A program made the position numbers and the translations under genes. Of a stretch of DNA of 5,924 nucleotides, positions 1 to 3,843 are shown one piece after another (position 1 is the stretch's first letter; each line of letters begins with the position of its first letter). Below the pieces are notes generated by a model. That model saw only the letters and a program-made list of their open reading frames with translations. It was not told the DNA's origin and ran no database searches. This DNA comes from a virus, in IMG/VR virus record IMGVR_UViG_3300020030_000847, positions 1-5,924 of that record, one strand, 5' to 3'.

Positions 1-121
1 GGTTAGCATTTGGGAGAACGAACCCTTACTAAAGGATAAGGATGCCGGGTCGACCATGAACCGCGAAGCAATAGCCCTAAGAAAGTCAGCGACCAGATTG
101 TCAGCGAAATAGCATGCATAA
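1..121. repeat. Terminal direct repeat, copy 1; overlap from linearising a circular genome
   Basis: Bases 1..121 (ggttagcatttgggagaacg...agcatgcataa) match 5804..5924 exactly when aligned by hand. The period is 5803 nt. Confidence 0.95.
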
Positions 122-912
122 GAAGCTGCAGAGCGAATCGCGCGCTGGATTTTTTCAGTTTCGGCCAAATATTTGTCATAGTAACGAGGTATCCGATAAG
201 TATAGCCACCATTCTTAACATCAGCATCGAAGTTCCACGTACCAACAGAAAAAGAAGGACGAGGCTGAGTGCCAAGAAAATCACCAACACCGGGGCTGAC
301 GAATTTTCGAGTATAGCGGCGGTCGGAAAGCTTAAGACGAAGCTTGTCAGGTAATTCATAGTCATTCGTATTTAATTGTTTCACAACATATTTAACACAG
401 TAACGGGCCCGTTTGGCTGTAGCTTTGCCAAGCCAAACAAAGCCAAATTTCGCAACAATCCGGCGAAAGTCATTGTAAAACATGCGCGGATCGAACAAAA
501 ATCCATGAAAATGAAGGCGGGGCTCGGAACCCGTTTGAGAATGGGTACCAAATTCTTGAAAAAACACATGCTTAATAGATCGTCCAGTAACGTGTCGAAC
601 CCGTTCAAACCACTTCCTCATGAAAGCTGTAGGGTCGTTAAGTGCCGCCTTATAGTAACGTGGAGCGATAGTTATCGTAACAAACCATGCCTCGCAATGT
701 TCAGCACGACAGCGCGATAACTCTTGACGGATTCTAACATACCAATCATTGCGGAGCGCCTTAAGACATTCCTCACACTGACCACACGGGACGAGTAAGC
801 GGAATCGGGCGACATCCCAAGGATTCTGAGCCAAATTACTCATTGGCAGTGAGATATCGTGGTCCTTTCTGGTATATCGACGATTAGCTATCCAAATAGG
901 GCTGGTGCACAT
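1..912 (-). CDS. VP4: Rolling-circle replication initiator (microvirus VP4 / phiX174 A-like HUH endonuclease), first 304 codons; continues at 5803 in the circle
   Basis: My own translation from ATG 912..910 (this ORF is not in the track because it runs off the edge) begins MCTSPIWIANRRY. Features: Cys cluster CGQCEEC (766..786), motif 1 FVTITI (667..684), HUH motif HFH in PRLHFHGFLF (505..513), and the two-tyrosine motif YCVKYVVK (388..402; compare phiX174 A YVAKYVNK). The frame stays open to base 1 (last codon ACC). It joins the tail ...YVKYSESKKYMGRPF... seen at 5657..5860, giving 352 aa in total. Confidence 0.92.
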   Translation of the reverse strand, partial: MCTSPIWIANRRYTRKDHDISLPMSNLAQNPWDVARFRLLVPCGQCEECLKALRNDWYVRIRQELSRCRAEHCEAWFVTITIAPRYYKAALNDPTAFMRKWFERVRHVTGRSIKHVFFQEFGTHSQTGSEPRLHFHGFLFDPRMFYNDFRRIVAKFGFVWLGKATAKRARYCVKYVVKQLNTNDYELPDKLRLKLSDRRYTRKFVSPGVGDFLGTQPRPSFSVGTWNFDADVKNGGYTYRIPRYYDKYLAETEKIQRAIRSAASYACYFADNLVADFLRAIASRFMVDPASLSFSKGSFSQMLT

Positions 913-1139
913 CACATAAAGGTTTTTCTGATAAAAAACCGAACAAAAGGGTAATATGCTCTATACTTCTTACAACAAGCATCCGCATCGTCGAGAGACT
1001 TGAATCGAGCGAATGGAACAAGAGCAGAACGAGCTCGCATTGCAACAACTTCATAAGCAGTCCCTACGTGTCCGTCATCGTGGACTACCAAGTTCACGGG
1101 ACGGCCCATAACGAAAAAATTAATTGAATTCATGAGCAT
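912..1139 (-). CDS. Hypothetical 75-aa protein, translationally coupled to rep
   Basis: Track ORF. Its TGA stop (914..912) shares one base with the rep ATG (912..910), reading ATG TGATG. There are two in-frame ATGs at the start (MLM...). I recognise no motif. It sits where gokushoviruses carry the small VP5 ORF, but I see no similarity. Confidence 0.5.
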   Translation of the reverse strand: MLMNSINFFVMGRPVNLVVHDDGHVGTAYEVVAMRARSALVPFARFKSLDDADACCKKYRAYYPFVRFFIRKTFM

Positions 1140-1145
1140 CTCTTT

Positions 1146-1195
1146 AAAAAAAAGAAGGAGAGGTCCGATAATTTAGCAATATCTCTCTCTCCTTC
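1146..1195 (-). terminator. Hairpin plus T8; candidate leaky intrinsic terminator or ssDNA structural element
   Basis: Minus strand reads GAAGGAGAG (1195..1187), a 24-nt loop, CTCTCCTTC (1162..1154), TTTTTTTT (1153..1146), then AAAGAG and the ATG of the 75-aa ORF. The stem is a perfect 9 bp. The loop is large for a classical terminator. Confidence 0.35.
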
Positions 1196-1254
1196 CGTCG
1201 TCTACCATTTAAAGAACCTTGCCCAGTAAGGGCCGAACAACGCGACGACTTCCG

Positions 1255-1581
1255 TTATTCTTCTTTTTCCGACGATTTTTCATATGGAAAATCATTTACG
1301 GTGAATACCAGAAGATTAGGCATAAGCATACATGAATCCCACTCGAGACCTAATGAGCCGACAATTTCACAAAGGTCATCGCCGCTGACATATTTCTGGT
1401 TCGGCGCGAGCGGATTTTCTTTGACACACGTCCAATCACAAACAGTACTAGCTGGCCAACGATCCGTGGGCGTGAATTGATCGTCAATAATTTCGCCGAG
1501 AATGACGGAGTAGGAGTTGGTCGTGGGGATCGGTCGAATGACCATTTGGAAAGTGACTTTCTGATTTTCTGTGTTTTTCAT
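1255..1581 (-). CDS. Hypothetical acidic 108-aa protein with 4 Cys (ORFan); the track ORF extends to 1647 only through a TTG start
   Basis: The first codon of track ORF 1255..1647 is TTG (caa at 1645..1647). The first ATG is at 1581..1579 (MKNTENQKVTFQM...). By my count the protein has about 17 D/E against 8 K/R. Stop is TAA at 1257..1255. It is flanked by AT-rich DNA upstream and a hairpin plus T8 downstream. No family recognised. Confidence 0.6.
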   Translation of the reverse strand: MKNTENQKVTFQMVIRPIPTTNSYSVILGEIIDDQFTPTDRWPASTVCDWTCVKENPLAPNQKYVSGDDLCEIVGSLGLEWDSCMLMPNLLVFTVNDFPYEKSSEKEE

Positions 1582-1616
1582 GATAAAATGGTTTTTACGT
1601 TGAACATTCGATATAA

Positions 1617-1648
1617 CAAAAGTAGAAAAAGATTTCAAATATTTCAAA
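1617..1648 (-). promoter_or_regulatory. Candidate Bacteroidota-type promoter (-33 TTTG, 20-nt spacer, -7 TAnnTTTG)
   Basis: The minus strand has TACTTTTG at 1624..1617, matching the published Bacteroides -7 consensus TAnnTTTG. A TTTG lies at 1648..1645, 20 nt upstream. It sits in a 92-nt intergenic stretch with 22/92 G+C by hand count. The ATG at 1581 would be about 30 nt downstream of the implied start site. Confidence 0.3.
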
Positions 1649-1649
1649 T
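1632..1649. repeat. Perfect tandem 9-mer x2 (atttcaaat atttcaaat)
   Basis: Read directly: 1632..1640 equals 1641..1649. Each copy contributes a TTTG on the coding strand. It lies just upstream of the TAnnTTTG box. Confidence 0.9.
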
Positions 1650-1673
1650 GTTTTGCAACTTTTTTTTGCGAAA

Positions 1674-2933
1674 CTATCTGCGAGGTATGTAACTCCTTCG
1701 AACAGAAGTACCTCCAATGAATTCTCCGTGTCGATCGGAGTAAGAGGTTGTTTGCTCAAAATCGGTGGGCGCGGCTGCGCCTCGCCCGCGTGTCACAACA
1801 GCGGCTGCGGCCGCTGCAATCACAGTCTTGGCCATAGAATAACCAAACTGATTTTTCTGTGACCTGATATTGAACCAGTTAGCAGGGAGTTCTTGTCCAG
1901 CCGATGCAGCACCGAGGCCAAGGAGATACTCCTGAATTTGTTTGCCAGTCATCTTCCGAGTCTTTCCAGTAGGACGACCTTTCTCATCCACCTCGGGAAC
2001 GTCCACAGGGGTTGTCCAGTTGACTGAAAACCAGTTCTCAAGATCCGCAAGATTGATCTCAGCTTGCTCACCAAGGAGGCGATCGAGGGAACCACGAGAA
2101 TTGGCGGCGAAAGCCTGCGCGAGGGTAAGAGCAAGATTGGCGGCTACCATTTGCTCCATAACAGGTATTTCGGCGTCGTTGAGAGCCTTAAGATGTCGAT
2201 ATTCCTCAACAGACCGAGCGTAGTCAGAAACGACCTGCTGAAATTGGTAAGTGGCAGTCAGGTTGGAATATTGAGCAATAGACTGCTGAATACGAGCAAG
2301 GGCATCGTCATAAGCCGCTATAGCCTTCTGATCGGTGACTTTATGCTGAAGAAGCTGCCGGGAGAGATCAGCCATTTGCCGGTAATGATCTTCGCCCTGC
2401 GTCTCATTCTCAATGCGAGTGGCTTGGGCAGCAGAGAGACGAGCATCCTCCTGTGCCTTTCGTTTTGTGGCATCCAGAAGGGCGTTCTGAGCAAGAGCGG
2501 TAGGATCACCTGAAAAAGCGGGCGCGGAACCGATGGAACCACTGGCCGAAGGTCCACCAGCAGAAGGTGCCGAACCGGAACCCGTGCCGATTGTAGCACC
2601 AACAGATGCGCCGGACTGACCAAGAACTGCAGCCGGACTGATACCAGCCTTGGCAAAGCGTTCGAACACTTTAGACGGGTCGTTGTAAGCATTCTCATAA
2701 TCGAACATCGATTTATCGTGTTTCAACTGATACTCAGCGCTTTTGGCCATCTGTTCAAGAGCATACTGCTGTTGTAAAGCCATCTGCTTTTGAGCGTATT
2801 TCCATTGACGTTTGGCCGAAATGCCACCAAACAATGCGTTACCGATGCCGGAACCGCCAGCACTACCGAAGGAAGAGGCAGCTCCAGAGGCGGCCGACAT
2901 GCCTAATCGAGCAATAAACGAAGGATCAGCCAT
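1674..2933 (-). CDS. VP2: DNA pilot / minor capsid protein (microvirus VP2, phiX174 H-like), 419 aa
   Basis: Gly/Ala/Ser-rich N-terminus (GMSAASGAASSFGSAGGSGIGNALFGGI). The stretch FERFAKAGISPAAVLG resembles the AG(L/I)NP motif I recall as conserved in microvirus pilot proteins. It also has a G/S/A low-complexity linker, a long Q/A/L/E-rich helical middle, and an Ala run with a basic C-terminus. It lies downstream of the capsid gene, as in VP1-VP2-VP4 microviruses. Confidence 0.8.
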   Translation of the reverse strand: MADPSFIARLGMSAASGAASSFGSAGGSGIGNALFGGISAKRQWKYAQKQMALQQQYALEQMAKSAEYQLKHDKSMFDYENAYNDPSKVFERFAKAGISPAAVLGQSGASVGATIGTGSGSAPSAGGPSASGSIGSAPAFSGDPTALAQNALLDATKRKAQEDARLSAAQATRIENETQGEDHYRQMADLSRQLLQHKVTDQKAIAAYDDALARIQQSIAQYSNLTATYQFQQVVSDYARSVEEYRHLKALNDAEIPVMEQMVAANLALTLAQAFAANSRGSLDRLLGEQAEINLADLENWFSVNWTTPVDVPEVDEKGRPTGKTRKMTGKQIQEYLLGLGAASAGQELPANWFNIRSQKNQFGYSMAKTVIAAAAAAVVTRGRGAAAPTDFEQTTSYSDRHGEFIGGTSVRRSYIPRR

Positions 2934-2935
2934 GG

Positions 2936-3187
2936 CTATTTTCTTTTGAAGTTACCGGTTTGCTGATAAATAATAGTAGTCGTGAGTGTATCACCTGACT
3001 TGTAAGTTGACGCCGATTGACTAACGCGATGTGACGTACTACAGCTAGCAAAAATGGCAACTGCAGTAATTGCAAAAATTAAAACAATCCATACAATTGC
3101 CTTATTTTTGTTCATTTTCTGATTCTTGCCGAGCTCATGAGTTACCTCATCGAAAGAATTTTTAGTTGATTTTTCCTGTGTTGTCAT
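2936..3187 (-). CDS. Small predicted lipoprotein or membrane protein, 83 aa (59 aa from the internal Met at 3115)
   Basis: From Met25: MNKNK, then the hydrophobic run AIVWIVLIFAITAVAIFAS, then Cys49 (codon 3041..3043). This is a basic n-region, an h-region and a lipobox-like F-A-S-C. The mature part is about 35 aa and Ser/Thr-rich. Stop TAG is at 2938..2936, 2 nt before the VP2 ATG. Confidence 0.6.
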   Translation of the reverse strand: MTTQEKSTKNSFDEVTHELGKNQKMNKNKAIVWIVLIFAITAVAIFASCSTSHRVSQSASTYKSGDTLTTTIIYQQTGNFKRK

Positions 3188-3256
3188 GACTTTGATGTTT
3201 TGAAGTGAAAGAACGATAGAAAGATTGCGCGCCGTTCAAGCATTCTCTGCCTTTTT

Positions 3257-3287
3257 CCTTCCCTGATTCACGAACCCTCAGGGAGGG
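3257..3287. other. Inverted repeat / stem-loop
   Basis: tccctga (3260..3266) pairs with tcaggga (3278..3284) across an 11-nt loop. It extends by one T-G pair and two C-G pairs (3257..3259 with 3285..3287). An outer imperfect stem, tgcgcgcc (3226..3233) with ggccgcgca (3288..3296), encloses it. Confidence 0.5.
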
Positions 3288-3300
3288 GGCCGCGCACATA

Positions 3301-3349
3301 TCAAAGAACGTCAAGTAAAGGCCCTTCGGGCTCTTTCTTCAGAGAACGT
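3301..3349. repeat. Two 11-mer direct repeats flanking a GC hairpin; a third degenerate copy lies at 3206..3216
   Basis: tcaaagaacgt (3301..3311) and tcagagaacgt (3339..3349) match at 10/11. tgaaagaacga (3206..3216) matches at 9/11. The hairpin gccc-ttc-gggc (3321..3331) lies between the first two. An inverted GAACG sits at 3233..3237. Confidence 0.7.
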
Positions 3350-3356
3350 GATCGTC

Positions 3357-3377
3357 ATTCAGAATGCTGAATATCAA
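3357..3377 (-). promoter_or_regulatory. Candidate viral-strand origin: TTG/ATATT core abutting a 6-bp hairpin
   Basis: The coding strand reads CTTGTTGATATTCAGCATTCTGAATG. TTGATATT (3377..3370) is identical to the 8 nt spanning the gene A nick site in the phiX174 origin CAACTTG/ATATTAATAAC. The hairpin ATTCAG-CATT-CTGAAT (3372..3357) starts 2 nt after the putative nick between 3375 and 3374. Confidence 0.3.
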
Positions 3378-3424
3378 CAAGAAACGCAGTAGTCTCCTCA
3401 TCGTCGATTTTTGGTATTATAGGG

Positions 3425-3453
3425 GAAGGAAAGGGGACAAGCCCCAATCCTTC
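3425..3453. other. Stem-loop with internal loop, about 65 nt downstream of the 107-aa ORF stop
   Basis: gaagga (3425..3430), aa, gggg (3433..3436), loop acaag, cccc (3442..3445), aa, tccttc (3448..3453). That is 10 bp with a symmetric 2x2 internal loop. A T-rich run follows only on the plus strand (attttgt), not on the coding strand. Confidence 0.5.
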
Positions 3454-3517
3454 ATTTTGTAGAGGTTTTTGTACGGCCTATTAGCCTTACGGCCGGCCTA
3501 TACCAGCCTTCACTGTG

Positions 3518-3841
3518 CTACGGCTGGTCGATGGAGCCTTCGGCAGAGGTGCCAGTCTTCTGCGAAGACGGCTTTTCAGAAGGCCGGGAATCGAGAGCTG
3601 AATCCACCAGTTCCTGTCCGACTTCGAGTCCGTCGAACTTATCCATACGTGAATAGGCGTTTGGATCGAAATCGATATCAGGATCGAAACGATCGAGAGC
3701 CGACTGTGATCCACCTTCAAATTTGGCGTCAGGAGCGCCGGGTACGAGATCGACGATTCCTTCACCCGAAAGAACCGACATAATACGCTGCCCGCGAGAC
3801 ATATAAGTCTGAAGCGGTTCAGAAAAATTACTGTGTAACAT
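3518..3841 (-). CDS. Hypothetical highly acidic 107-aa protein (possible scaffolding-type or other accessory protein)
   Basis: Its ATG at 3841..3839 lies 2 nt after the VP1 stop (TAGCCATG). By my count it has about 19 D/E against 9 K/R. It has a D-rich core DRFDPDIDFDPNAYSRMDKFDGLEV and a Ser/Thr/Pro-rich tail. I do not see the gokushovirus VP3 motif I remember (FKDECDINNI-like). Confidence 0.6.
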   Translation of the reverse strand: MLHSNFSEPLQTYMSRGQRIMSVLSGEGIVDLVPGAPDAKFEGGSQSALDRFDPDIDFDPNAYSRMDKFDGLEVGQELVDSALDSRPSEKPSSQKTGTSAEGSIDQP

Positions 3842-3843
3842 GG

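Larger units (their letters stand above)
3188..3517. other. Major noncoding region (330 nt) between the 107-aa ORF and the lipoprotein ORF; probable replication and transcription control region
   Basis: No ORF of track size lies on the coding strand, only 12-45 codon fragments. It contains several inverted repeats, iterated 11-mers and a phiX-like ori core, listed separately. Confidence 0.6.

Noticed and set aside
1-121. The terminal repeats as LTRs or inverted repeats of a mobile element, or as phage cos or DTR ends.
   Set aside because: The repeats are direct and identical, and they lie inside the rep coding sequence, keeping its frame open across the join. That is what linearising a circular ssDNA phage genome with an assembly overlap produces. 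No transposase or terminase is present.
381-608. A 75-aa ORF in the +1 frame of rep, directly upstream of the 120-aa hydrophobic ORF.
   Set aside because: It is in the same frame as 3..365 and separated from it by a single stop. This shows that the frame is generally stop-poor and hydrophobic because of T-rich third positions in rep. I treat it as evidence for the compositional caveat rather than as a gene.
376-720. Plus-strand ORFs antisense to the real genes: 376..720, 1477..1692, 1653..1862, 1942..2223, 2064..2513, 3469..3783 and 5215..5682.
   Set aside because: Each lies entirely opposite a well-supported minus-strand gene or spans its boundary. Their products are low-complexity and Arg/Ser/Leu-rich with no motifs. 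Microviruses transcribe one strand only. They are best explained as antisense shadows of long ORFs.
1154-1162. GAAGGAGAG strings at 1154..1162 (plus strand) and 1195..1187 (minus strand) as Shine-Dalgarno sites for a small gene.
   Set aside because: No plausible start codon or ORF follows on either strand; the best is an 11-codon TTG frame. The two copies are the arms of the 9-bp hairpin.
2318-2698. Same-strand alternate-frame ORF of 126 aa inside VP2, very basic (R/L/P-rich). It is tempting as a J/VP8-like DNA-packaging protein. Smaller ones lie at 1949..2134, 3487..3765 and 4029..4262.
   Set aside because: It overlaps the Gly/Ala/Ser-rich part of VP2, where out-of-frame reading of GCN/GGN/TCN codons automatically gives Arg/Pro/Leu and few stops. 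There is no independent start context or motif. It would only be worth revisiting if the frame is conserved in relatives.
3416-3421. A perfect TATAAT on the coding strand in the noncoding region.
   Set aside because: With 15-17 nt spacers the -35 positions read GCTTGT, GGCTTG and GGGCTT, none close to TTGACA. The nearest downstream start is more than 200 nt away. A single hexamer in AT-containing DNA is weak evidence.
3364-3462. Short ORFs in the noncoding region: 32 codons on the plus strand at 3364..3462, and minus-strand ORFs of 20 codons (MRRLLRFLLIFSILNDDHVL, ATG about 3401) and 45 codons (ATG 3299).
   Set aside because: They are too short and have no coupling or start signals. They overlap the hairpins and repeats, which explain the region better. 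The 45-codon ORF runs out of frame into the lipoprotein ORF.
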